Source: an uncultured Victivallales bacterium
GTDB lineage: Bacteria > Verrucomicrobiota > Kiritimatiellia > UBA8416
Direction: 5' to 3'
Assembly (NCBI GenBank): GCA_964497125.1
Contig: CAZCDU010000005.1
Location: 35,139-99,138, forward strand
Length of the DNA: 64,000 nt
Shown here: positions 18,066 to 26,906 of the stretch, in pieces
Position numbering within the stretch: position 1 is the stretch's first letter
How the letters are laid out: each line of letters starts with the position of its first letter
Position numbers and translations under genes: made by a program
The notes under the pieces: generated by a model
What the model was told of the DNA's origin: nothing
The model's input: only the letters and a program-made list of their open reading frames with translations
Databases searched by the model: none

Positions 18066-21000
18066 ATGGAAACGAGTAAACTATTTGATAAGCTGGTTGG
18101 CCTCGCGCTTGTTGCCGTGGCATTGGTTGTCTATCTGACTACGCTTAGCTCCGGGGTCTGTCCCGGGCCGTCTGCGTCACTCTTGGCGGGGCATGTCGGG
18201 TTGATTCCCCGGTTCTCTCCTGCGTCACCCGTGTGGACGGGGCTTGTGGCCGTTGTCCGTGCTGTTTCGGGGGCGAATTTCGTGTTTGCGCTGAACCTGA
18301 TGAGCGCGGTGTTCGCCGCTAGTGCCGTTGGCCTGCTCTTTGTTCTCGTCAGGGAAGGTGTGGCGATCTTCGTGGATGAGTTGGGGGGCACTGCAACGCG
18401 TCGGCGCGCGGCTTCGCTCCTGGCGGGCAGTGCCGCGGCACTCAGCCTCACGTTCTGTATACCGTTCTGGATTGTGGCGAACCGGGCGCATACCGCGGCG
18501 CTGGATGTGTTTCTGCTTCTCATGGCGGCACGGTTGCTTCTGGCGTACATGGACTATGGCAAGCTTTGGATTGCTCTCCTGTTCAGTTTCTGTTTTGGCG
18601 TTGGTGTGGTGGAGTTCGCAACGTTCATCGTTGTGGCTCCGGTGTTCGGCGCCTGGCTGGTTTACGTCATGTGGAAGCGCAACGTTCTCAGGCTTCCGGC
18701 TGTTCTGGCGCTTGTTGGCTGCACCGTCGTTGGATTGCTCGTGTACCTGCTCGGTGCGTGGGGATTCTACAAGACGCCAGGGTACGAGTTGAGGGGCTAC
18801 GCAGGATTCTTTGACATTATCTGGCACATGTGGCGCGAGCAGTATGCGCTTGTCTCCAGGAGTCTTCCGAAAGAGGGATGGCTTATCATTCTGTTTGTTA
18901 CCGTAGTGCCATGGTTTGCGATGTTCAGCGTTGCCAAACGCGGCCTTAACGATGAGCGGGATTGGAGTCTGTACCTGCTACATGTGATCATGACAGGGTT
19001 GGTGGTCGCGGTTCTGTTGAATTCGCCGATAGCACCGTTTGCCATGCTCGGTATGGGTCGCCTTCTCGTGACTCCCTACGTTCTGGTCGCCATGGTGACG
19101 GGGTATCTTGTCGCCTACTGGTTCCTCCTGCCTTCCGGGTGGGGACGTGATCCTGAAGCCGCATTGACACGATTCTATCGCAGTTTCTTTGGTTGGGTTC
19201 TCATTGCCCCGTTGGTAGGCGTTCTTATCTGGACTCCTTTTCGCAATGCGACGCAGACTGGCACACAGCAGACTCATTTCGTGAGCGCGTTTTCAGATGA
19301 AGTCATTGATAGCCTCGAGGGGCGAGAATGGTTGTTGTCAGATGGCGTGTTGGACAACCACTTACTCCTGGCGGCCAAACGCGAGGGGGTGCCCCTGAAG
19401 GTCATCAATGTGGGGGCGGGGAGTAGTTCGCTCTATCTCGACTATCTCGCTTCCCAGTTCGAAAATACGCGCATGCAGAACCTCGTCAAAGTCGGTATTC
19501 CGGCTTTGATGGCCGAATGGATGCAGGAAGGATCCGGCGTTCAGGACGAGGTGGCGAGTCTCGCTATGCCGGATATCTGGGAGCGGTACGGGTTCGCGGC
19601 GGTTCCAAACAAGCTTGTTTTCCTCGGAGCGACGGACAAGTCGGCACTGGATGCAGACGAAATGGTCACGAAGCATCGTGAATTCTGGAGCCGTTTTGGC
19701 CCCGTTCTTGAAGAAGGCGAGTCTGTCGTGGGAGAGAATCCCTGGCATGCTTGGGGGAGACGACATGCTGGGCTCGTGGCGAACAACTTGGGGGTCCTCC
19801 TCGAGGACCTTGGCCGTCCAGAGGATGCGTATGCTGTTTACGAGTCGGCGCGCGGGATCGATCCGGACAATGTGAGCGCCCTGCTGAACATGTCAACGAT
19901 GGTCGAGGCGGGGCGTGCCTCGAACCCCTCTGGCTCCGTGAAGGCGGATATGGACGCGCTCAAGGCCAATATGGAGCAGAAGTACGATATCTGGTCACTG
20001 GCACGCTACTATGGCTATGTACGGGCGCCCGATGCATTTGCACAGTTGGGTTGGACGTGGGCCTATTCCGGCCAGGCAGGAATGGCTGTCTCTGAGTTGG
20101 GAAAAGCGGCAGACATGCTTCCCAATGACAAGAAGGGCGCCGTTCAGGAGCTCATGGCGGATATCTTCCTTAGAGAGAACCAGCCCACAGAGAGTGAAGC
20201 GATCTACCGCGAGATTCTCGCGAGGGACAAGGGGAATCAGGCGGCTCTGATGGGGTTAGTGCACATACGGCTTGGACAGAAGAAGTTCAAGGATGCTGAG
20301 GGGTTCCTGTCGCTCGCGGCGGACAGCGGTGTCCCTTCCGAGCAGATCGAGTTGCAGCGCGCGGGAATCGCCTTCGCAGCCGGTGAGCAGGAGCGCGCGA
20401 AGGAAATTCTGGACGAGCTACTTCAATCCAATCGCAAGCTCTTGAGGGGATGGGTCCTTCTTGCGGATATTGCATTCGCAGAACAGAATGACCGCACTTT
20501 GGACAAGTGCCTGAGGAGGCTCGGAGAATTGGAGGGAGACCGCGGCTATTTTGGATCGGTGATTCGAGGACGACGCGCCCTGCTTGAGAAGGATATTGCC
20601 TCAGGGGCTGATGCTTTCGAAACGGCTCTGTCTCAGAACCCCACGAATGTGGAACTAGTCGAGGTACTGCTTCGCCTGGAGCTGATGCTTGGGCGGCAGG
20701 AGAAGCTGCGGTCTCGTGTTAAGTCGCTTCTCCAGCAGAACCCAAAGCATGGAATGGCCCTCTATGTCCGCGGTAGCCTACAGATTGCAGATGGTGAGCT
20801 GGCACTGGCCGAAGACTCACTGCGGGGCAGTCTCCGTGCATCACGGTCGCCGATGACGTTGAACGATCTCGCCTGGGTGGTTCAGGCCCGTGGTGGCTAT
20901 GAGGAGGCGGAGAAGCTGATCGATGAGGCGCTTGGGTTGGCCGAGAAGCAGCATGCCCTGTGGGACACCAAGGGCACAATCCTGTTGCGGATGGAACGTT

Positions 21001-21209
21001 ACGAGGAAGCGGTTGAGGCGTTCGGCAGGTCGCTAGCCATTTTCGACAAGATACCGTCTGTTCACCTGCACATGGGTGAGGCCCAATTGGCTCTGGGTCG
21101 CAAGGAGGCCGTCAGGCAAGTTGTGGAATTGCTGGAGCCGAATAAGGATGCGCTCAGCACCGAGGATCGGGAACTGCTGGGCAAGCTGTCTGCAGCTTTG
21201 AACGAATAG
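18066..21209 (+). CDS. Large polytopic membrane protein with C-terminal TPR repeats (DUF2723/TMEM260-like putative glycosyltransferase)
   Basis: N-terminal ~11 TM helices, C-terminal ~500 aa of TPR-like helical repeats; start METSKLF. Confidence 0.5.
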   Translation: METSKLFDKLVGLALVAVALVVYLTTLSSGVCPGPSASLLAGHVGLIPRFSPASPVWTGLVAVVRAVSGANFVFALNLMSAVFAASAVGLLFVLVREGVAIFVDELGGTATRRRAASLLAGSAAALSLTFCIPFWIVANRAHTAALDVFLLLMAARLLLAYMDYGKLWIALLFSFCFGVGVVEFATFIVVAPVFGAWLVYVMWKRNVLRLPAVLALVGCTVVGLLVYLLGAWGFYKTPGYELRGYAGFFDIIWHMWREQYALVSRSLPKEGWLIILFVTVVPWFAMFSVAKRGLNDERDWSLYLLHVIMTGLVVAVLLNSPIAPFAMLGMGRLLVTPYVLVAMVTGYLVAYWFLLPSGWGRDPEAALTRFYRSFFGWVLIAPLVGVLIWTPFRNATQTGTQQTHFVSAFSDEVIDSLEGREWLLSDGVLDNHLLLAAKREGVPLKVINVGAGSSSLYLDYLASQFENTRMQNLVKVGIPALMAEWMQEGSGVQDEVASLAMPDIWERYGFAAVPNKLVFLGATDKSALDADEMVTKHREFWSRFGPVLEEGESVVGENPWHAWGRRHAGLVANNLGVLLEDLGRPEDAYAVYESARGIDPDNVSALLNMSTMVEAGRASNPSGSVKADMDALKANMEQKYDIWSLARYYGYVRAPDAFAQLGWTWAYSGQAGMAVSELGKAADMLPNDKKGAVQELMADIFLRENQPTESEAIYREILARDKGNQAALMGLVHIRLGQKKFKDAEGFLSLAADSGVPSEQIELQRAGIAFAAGEQERAKEILDELLQSNRKLLRGWVLLADIAFAEQNDRTLDKCLRRLGELEGDRGYFGSVIRGRRALLEKDIASGADAFETALSQNPTNVELVEVLLRLELMLGRQEKLRSRVKSLLQQNPKHGMALYVRGSLQIADGELALAEDSLRGSLRASRSPMTLNDLAWVVQARGGYEEAEKLIDEALGLAEKQHALWDTKGTILLRMERYEEAVEAFGRSLAIFDKIPSVHLHMGEAQLALGRKEAVRQVVELLEPNKDALSTEDRELLGKLSAALNE

Positions 21210-21370
21210 CCGCAGAGACGCGCGGGGCGCGAAAGAGCTCGTCGACTGCTGGGGAACCGCGGATGGGCGCTGATGGGTACGGATGATCGTCGTCTGCTGC
21301 TGATAGGCTCTGCTGGGGGATCTGAACAGGAGGAAGCAGAGGGCGCAGAGGATGCTGATGGGCTTTGCGG

Positions 21371-22084
21371 CTAGTCGTCTCCGCGAAGCGCTTTGAGTTC
21401 CTCCTCTGTGAGGTCACGCCATTGGCCGGGGCGCAGGTCTCCGAGGGTTAGGTCTCTGATCTTTGTACGGGTCAGGCGGTGTATGCGGAGGCCTACCGTC
21501 TCACACATTTTCCGGATCTGTCGGTTGCGACCCTCTTTGAGCTCGAAGATCAGGAGTGCTTTCCCGCTTTCACGGCGAGTGCGCTCAAGCGTTACCTTCG
21601 CCGGGCGCGTCTGGTAGTCGTCGATCAACATCGGCCGATTGAGAACGGCCAGCGCTTCTTCGTTCACGTCTCCTGAGACGGTTACTTCATAGCGCTTGCT
21701 CTGTTCATAACGAGGGTGCGTCAGGCGGTTGGCGAGCTCGCCGTCGTTGGTCAACAGCAACAGACCTTCGCTGTCCTTGTCTAGCCGTCCCACCGGAAAG
21801 AGCCGGCTGTCGATGGTATCGACAAGCTCGAGAACGGTTCTTCCCTGGGCAGACGATGCGCTGCAGATGTAGCCCCGTGGCTTGTATAGAAGAATGGTGC
21901 GGCGGGTGGTGGTATGTCTGACCTCCCTGCCATCAACCGACACGGTATCGGCATCGGGGTCGACCTGTACCCCCGGTTCCTGAACGCAGGCACCGTTTAC
22001 GGTAACGCGCCCGTCCTGAATGAGCTGCTCTGATGCTCGCCGGGAGGCGACACCCGCTTGGGCGAGGTATTTCTGTAAGCGCAT
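21371..22084 (-). CDS. rluB: 23S rRNA pseudouridine synthase, RsuA/RluB family (S4 + PseudoU_synth_2)
   Basis: MRLQKYLAQAGVASRR (S4) and catalytic FPVGRLDKDSEGLLLLTNDG. Confidence 0.85.
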   Translation of the reverse strand: MRLQKYLAQAGVASRRASEQLIQDGRVTVNGACVQEPGVQVDPDADTVSVDGREVRHTTTRRTILLYKPRGYICSASSAQGRTVLELVDTIDSRLFPVGRLDKDSEGLLLLTNDGELANRLTHPRYEQSKRYEVTVSGDVNEEALAVLNRPMLIDDYQTRPAKVTLERTRRESGKALLIFELKEGRNRQIRKMCETVGLRIHRLTRTKIRDLTLGDLRPGQWRDLTEEELKALRGDD

Positions 22085-22120
22085 CTATGAAGTAAAGCAG
22101 CGCAGACCGTCCCGGTCAAC
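22085..22120 (-). promoter_or_regulatory. Conserved promoter-like motif TTGACC-N17-TTTACT-N6-ATG (leaderless) upstream of rluB
   Basis: Minus-strand read ttgaccgggacggtctgcgctgctttacttcatagATG; near-identical motif at 63471-63506. Confidence 0.45.
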
Positions 22121-22173
22121 AGGCCAATGTTGAGGAGTTTCCCCGTTCTTTGCGGGCTGACCAGAGCAGAGAG

Positions 22174-22197
22174 GAGCCAGTTGGAGACAACTGGCTC
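22174..22197. promoter_or_regulatory. Perfect 24-bp palindrome gagccagttg-gaga-caactggctc
   Basis: Divergent intergenic region rluB/UDPGP; shares core CCAGTTG-N4-CAACTGG with 22211-22234. Confidence 0.45.
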
Positions 22198-22210
22198 TAC
22201 TCTAGAAGTA

Positions 22211-22234
22211 CATCCAGTTGTCGCCAACTGGATG
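22211..22234. promoter_or_regulatory. Perfect 24-bp palindrome catccagttg-tcgc-caactggatg
   Basis: Second copy of CCAGTTG-N4-CAACTGG operator-like site, 37 bp from the first. Confidence 0.45.
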
Positions 22235-22349
22235 CGGATGCGCCGCCGGGGAACGGGAGAGAAGTGCACATCTGACTTTGCGTAGCGGTTGGGGTTTTGT
22301 AGAGTGGCGCTGGATTTGCTGGCGATGAAGCAAGAATGAGGAGATTGCT

Positions 22350-23765
22350 ATGATTTCTTATGATGAGGCTAAAGCGTTGTTGGAGGATAAAGGTCAGAAC
22401 CATGTTCTGCGGTTTTGGGATCGGTTGAAGGCCGACGAGCGTGACGCATTGCTGACACAGATTGAGGCCATCGATTTCTCGAGCATCGCATCCATGCAGG
22501 GGCTCTTGGCGTCGGAGGCAGAGGAAGAGGCCGGCGGTGCAATTGAACCATCACCGGTTGTGGAGCTTCCTGAACTCAAAGAGCGTGCAGCGGCTGAAGG
22601 CCTGGCGGCCCTTGGATGCGCGGCGCTGGCCAGAGGCGACGTTGGCGTTGTTCTGGTTGCCGGGGGTCAAGGATCGCGCCTGGGGTTTGACGGTCCCAAG
22701 GGGGCATACCTGGTGGCACCAATCTCGGGGGCCTCTCTCTTCGAGATTCATGCACGCAAGATCCTGGCGCTGGAGCGTAAGTATGGTGCTGAGATTCCGT
22801 TCTACATCATGACGAGTCAGCTTAATGATGCCCCGACCCGAGCTTTCTTCGCTGAGAATGATAACTTCGGTCTCGATGCTGACCGCGTCTTGTTCTTTAC
22901 GCAGCGTATGTGGCCCGCGCTCACGGGCGAGGGCAAGTTGATCCTAGACTCACCGTCTCACATCTTCGTGAGCCCCGATGGACACGGAGGAACCATCACG
23001 GCGCTCCAGCAGACGGGGATGTTTGATGACATGGACCGCCGCGGCATTGAGACGCTATTCTACTTCCAGGTTGATAATCCGCTTGTTGAGATTGCTGATC
23101 CGACATTCATCGGCTTGCACCTCAAGGAGGGCGCGGATGTCTCCGTGAAAGTATGTTCCAAGCGTGACCCGGAGGAGGGGCTTGGGATCGTGGCGAAGAA
23201 GGGCGACCGCAGTATGGTTGTCGAGTACTCCGAGCTGACTCCGGAACAGATGAACGAAAGGCTGCCTGACGGCAGGCTGAAGCTGCTTTTCGGTAGCGTG
23301 GCAATCCATATGTTCTCGGTAGCGTTCTTGAAGAAGGAAGCGGCCTCGCAGTTGCCGCTTCATGTGGCGCACAAGAAGGTTCCTTATCTTGATGATGCCG
23401 GTGAGCTCGTCAAGCCGGATGCTCCGAATGCGTACAAGTTCGAGAAGTTCATTTTTGATTCGATTCCCGATGCCGATATCAGTCTGAACGTTGAGTTTGC
23501 CCGGGAGAACGAGTTCTCTCCGGTAAAGAACGCGGAGGGGAGCGATTCCCCGGCTACGTGTCAGAGGGATATGATCCTGAAGTATGCCGGCTGGCTCGAG
23601 GCGTGTGGCGTCGATGTTGCACGTGACGGCGATGGCATTCCCGTGCATAAGATCGAAATTGATCCCTGCTTTGCATTGGGACCTGAGGATCTGGGCGAGA
23701 AGCTTGGCGAAGGGTTCGTGCTGGATGGGGATTTGCTGCTTTCGGATGAGGAAGAGGCCGTCTAA
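22350..23765 (+). CDS. UDP-sugar pyrophosphorylase (UDPGP/UAP1 family nucleotidyltransferase)
   Basis: LVAGGQGSRLG, PKG motif, YIMTS; eukaryote-type UDPGP fold. Confidence 0.75.
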   Translation: MISYDEAKALLEDKGQNHVLRFWDRLKADERDALLTQIEAIDFSSIASMQGLLASEAEEEAGGAIEPSPVVELPELKERAAAEGLAALGCAALARGDVGVVLVAGGQGSRLGFDGPKGAYLVAPISGASLFEIHARKILALERKYGAEIPFYIMTSQLNDAPTRAFFAENDNFGLDADRVLFFTQRMWPALTGEGKLILDSPSHIFVSPDGHGGTITALQQTGMFDDMDRRGIETLFYFQVDNPLVEIADPTFIGLHLKEGADVSVKVCSKRDPEEGLGIVAKKGDRSMVVEYSELTPEQMNERLPDGRLKLLFGSVAIHMFSVAFLKKEAASQLPLHVAHKKVPYLDDAGELVKPDAPNAYKFEKFIFDSIPDADISLNVEFARENEFSPVKNAEGSDSPATCQRDMILKYAGWLEACGVDVARDGDGIPVHKIEIDPCFALGPEDLGEKLGEGFVLDGDLLLSDEEEAV

Positions 23766-23926
23766 CGCGGAACGCGGAATGCGGAATGCGGAATTGAGAG
23801 GGTATTCCGACGCTGCGCGTTGGCACGCTGAGGCGTGTGCGGCTCGCCAGGGACCCTTCAGCCTAGAAGCGGCAGTTCAACTGCTCTTTCTAGGTTCAGT
23901 GGTGGGCAGGCAGACTCACCCTACCT

Positions 23927-24160
23927 GGGAGTGCGGAAGAGGCACAGGCTCCCCGGAATACCGGGGAAGCCCGTCCTACACGGGTGTTGCGGAAGAGGCA
24001 CAGGCTCCCCGGAATACCGGGGAAGCCCGTCCTACACGGGTGTTGCGCGAGAGGCACAGGCTCCCCGGAATACCGGGGAAGCCTGTCCTACACGGGTGTT
24101 GCGCGAGAGGCGCTGGCTCCCCGGAATACCGGGGAAGCCTGTCCTACACGGACTGTTGCA
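23927..24160. repeat. Tandem repeat, 56-bp unit x ~4, each unit with hairpin ccccgg-aata-ccgggg
   Basis: Period 56 measured at 23941/23997/24053/24107; units contiguous, near-identical. Confidence 0.85.
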
Positions 24161-24186
24161 GGGAAGATGCGCCGATACGGACTATG

Positions 24187-25578
24187 CTACTTCTCGGGGG
24201 AGTCTGGCGGGGGTAGAGGTTTCTGGGCGACGACGATGCGGAAGCCGATGGTGTCGTAGCGGGCTACGGGGCGGTCGATGCCGCGGGCTCGGATCCGTAG
24301 GCTTTCCTTGGAGTCGAAGTCCCATGATCCGCCTTTGCGTACCTTGAACTGGCGGTCAGTCTCATCCATCCAATTGTCGCACCATTCCCAGACGTTGCCG
24401 GCAAGGCCGTAGACGCCCCATTCGTTCATGCCGCTGTTGTCAACAGGGCAGGTCACAGCATAACCATCATCATAGCCGCGTATGCCTTGCCATTGTGAGA
24501 GGTTCTCCCGGGCAGTGGCGTCTGAGTGGTTGCCATAGAGAGGCGGCCAGTCGTTACCCCACGGGTAGCGGCGGGATTCACCACAGCTGGCAACAAATTC
24601 CCACTCGTCAGATGTAGGCAGCCGGAACTCACACTGGACAGGGATTCGATCAGCGAAACTCTCGTTCAGCCAACCGCAGTAAGCCATGGCATCGTCCCAG
24701 CTCACGTACACGGCGGGCTGGTCAGCACCGTTCAGGTCAAGTCCTTCGAAGGCGCGGCTGCTGTGCTTAAGGTCATGCTGGCGATATTGCCGATTCGTGA
24801 TCTCGTACTTCCCGAACCAGATTGCGAGGGGTTCCACCCATACGAAGGAGAGCTGCATTCCCAGACCGAGGGGGACGCTGAGAAACGTGCCGGGCAGAAT
24901 CTCCGGCCCCGCCAGCGGTGCCGCTTTGTCAGGCAGGTCCCCTGTCGGCAGTTCAGGCGGCATGTTGGTTTCGACTTCCGGTTCAGGAAGGTCTTCGATG
25001 ATAAGGAATCCGGCGTTCAGTTCGGTATCGACCCGGGCCTGGGCCAGCAGAACTGCTGCTTTCGAGTACGGGTTCTTCTTAACGGCGAGGTGGAGCGGCG
25101 TGTAGCCCATATCGGTACGGGCGGTGAGGTCTGCGCCGGCATCAATAAGCAACCTAACGGCGGCGGCCGCGTTCTTGCTGGCAGCCCAGTGAAGGGGGGT
25201 AATGCCACTTCGCGCGGCCGCGTTGACATCACCGCCATTGGCGATTAGCAGCGAGACGGTGTCAGCTGCATCACGGCTTGCGGCCCAATGCAATGGCGTG
25301 AAGTCTGTGTCTGTCTTGGCGTTGACCGGGGCGCCACGCTCGACAAGCAGTTTGACGGCAGCATGCAGGTCTGTTGCGGCTGCGAGGTGAAGCGCCGTGA
25401 CTCCGCCCCGAATCGACTCGCTGAGATCGATGTCTGCAGCTGGATTGAGCATCGATTCCAGTGTCACAAGATCGCGAGCACGTACTGCCTGATGTAGAGG
25501 CCCAGCCAAGACGATACTTGGCCGCGTGGCTGTCATCGCTGCTGCAACGATAAAGGTAAAGAGGATCCTACCAAACAT
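24187..25578 (-). CDS. Ankyrin-repeat + FGE-sulfatase (SUMF1/formylglycine-generating-enzyme fold) domain protein, secreted
   Basis: Start MFGRILFTF with signal peptide; ANK repeats (TALHLAAA, TPLHWAAS x2, TPLHLAV); C-terminal FGE motifs YVSWDDAMAYCGWL, GNVWEWC, RKGGSW. Confidence 0.7.
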   Translation of the reverse strand: MFGRILFTFIVAAAMTATRPSIVLAGPLHQAVRARDLVTLESMLNPAADIDLSESIRGGVTALHLAAATDLHAAVKLLVERGAPVNAKTDTDFTPLHWAASRDAADTVSLLIANGGDVNAAARSGITPLHWAASKNAAAAVRLLIDAGADLTARTDMGYTPLHLAVKKNPYSKAAVLLAQARVDTELNAGFLIIEDLPEPEVETNMPPELPTGDLPDKAAPLAGPEILPGTFLSVPLGLGMQLSFVWVEPLAIWFGKYEITNRQYRQHDLKHSSRAFEGLDLNGADQPAVYVSWDDAMAYCGWLNESFADRIPVQCEFRLPTSDEWEFVASCGESRRYPWGNDWPPLYGNHSDATARENLSQWQGIRGYDDGYAVTCPVDNSGMNEWGVYGLAGNVWEWCDNWMDETDRQFKVRKGGSWDFDSKESLRIRARGIDRPVARYDTIGFRIVVAQKPLPPPDSPEK

Positions 25579-25649
25579 AGGTCGCAGTTTAGTCTGGGGG
25601 TGGGGGGGGAGTAAAGCTGAAAGCAGGGGCTGATAGGCTCTGCTGGGGA

Positions 25650-26906
25650 TCACTCCCTGGCTTCGTCTTGCAGCACGGACCGGGGGATCCAGCCTCGTCG
25701 GTTCTTTGACGCGACGAGAGCCCAACCGTCGTGATGGCGCAGGATGTCCACTTCCGTCGAGTCCGGCATTTCGAACGTTGCCATTGAGCTGGCCGACGGG
25801 GCCATCCGGGCTTGGCTGATGCCGTGGGTGATGCCCTGCTCATAGCGGGCCCTGCCGAGGGCGGTACGAATACGGGAGCCGAGACCCTCCTTCTTAACCT
25901 GGTTTGTGGGTGACTGTGATACGGAGGTATCAGACGGACGGAAGTGCTCAAGCGTGGCGGCTGGCGCATCATGAAAGGTGATTGGGAATGGTCCCCCGAC
26001 GAGGGTCTTATACGAGCCTTCCTCTGTATCGAAGTAGGTAAGCGAAACGGCGGGAATGGCCGCGATGTCTGCAGTTTGTGGGATGATGATCTGTTCGTAT
26101 ATCAACGAGCCGGGGTCCGAATGGACCCGCTTGGGGTCGTAGACCTTCAGTTGGGGGCGCTGCGTCACCTGAGGGACACTGATGTCTTCCATGTAAGCTT
26201 CACCGGAGATGCGAGTTCGCAGATTCACCAGATCGCCCGGTGCAATATCAGAGGGGTCGATCGAGGCCTCGAGGGTTGCGGTGCCGATGACGCCGGAGAA
26301 ATCGGGGGGCGGTTGCGGCGGCGTCTTCACTGTGAGCTCGATGGGTGTCAGAGCCACGGTAAGCGGGAGTTCTTCCCATGCGCTCCCGATGAAGAGCCGG
26401 CGGCGGCGCATGGCGACCAGTTTCAATGTGGGGGCGATGCGAACGCTGCCCGGCGTCATGGCCCGGGCCTTGCAGCGGTAGCTGTGAATCTCAGTGATGC
26501 GATGTCCGTCTCCAATTCGTTTTGTCGGGAGGGTCTCGAATGCGGTGAACATATCCACAAGCCGCTTGTCAGGCAGATCTTCAAGGTCCAGCTTCTGACG
26601 AATCTGGACTCCCTCCGTCTTAATCGTAAGTGTGAATAGGAACGTCTCCCGTTCGTAGAGCTGGTCCTTGCTCACGCTGATCTCGGCTGTAACGGGGGCG
26701 CTTTTGGTTTGGGCGGTGGCGAGTGAAGCAGAAAGCAGAAAGCAGAGAGCGGAAAGGAAAAGAGGGAGAGAGAGTTGAACAGAAGGAAGCAAAGGAAACG
26801 AAGGAAAGAGTTCCCGAAAGCTGCTTTGGACGGGAATCCAAAGCAGATTCCGGAAACGGTTGTCTAAAAGAGACGAAGATTGAGATGGCCTGCGGGAGGC
26901 GGTCAT
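25650..26906 (-). CDS. BatD-like protein with C-terminal SH3b-like domain
   Basis: Start MTASRRP; signal/TM; BatD-type beta-rich body; C-terminal HDGWALVASKNRRGWIPRSVL. Confidence 0.5.
   Translation of the reverse strand: MTASRRPSQSSSLLDNRFRNLLWIPVQSSFRELFPSFPLLPSVQLSLPLFLSALCFLLSASLATAQTKSAPVTAEISVSKDQLYERETFLFTLTIKTEGVQIRQKLDLEDLPDKRLVDMFTAFETLPTKRIGDGHRITEIHSYRCKARAMTPGSVRIAPTLKLVAMRRRRLFIGSAWEELPLTVALTPIELTVKTPPQPPPDFSGVIGTATLEASIDPSDIAPGDLVNLRTRISGEAYMEDISVPQVTQRPQLKVYDPKRVHSDPGSLIYEQIIIPQTADIAAIPAVSLTYFDTEEGSYKTLVGGPFPITFHDAPAATLEHFRPSDTSVSQSPTNQVKKEGLGSRIRTALGRARYEQGITHGISQARMAPSASSMATFEMPDSTEVDILRHHDGWALVASKNRRGWIPRSVLQDEARE

Noticed and set aside
23927-24160. CRISPR array
   Set aside because: The 56-bp units are contiguous and near-identical with no unique spacers. 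No cas genes are present in the window. It is a tandem minisatellite with internal hairpins.
23766-25578. Diversity-generating retroelement targeting the FGE-sulfatase-fold protein
   Set aside because: FGE or C-type-lectin folds are common DGR targets and repeats abut the gene 3' end. However, there is no reverse transcriptase gene and no TR/VR pair differing at adenines; the repeats are simple tandem copies.
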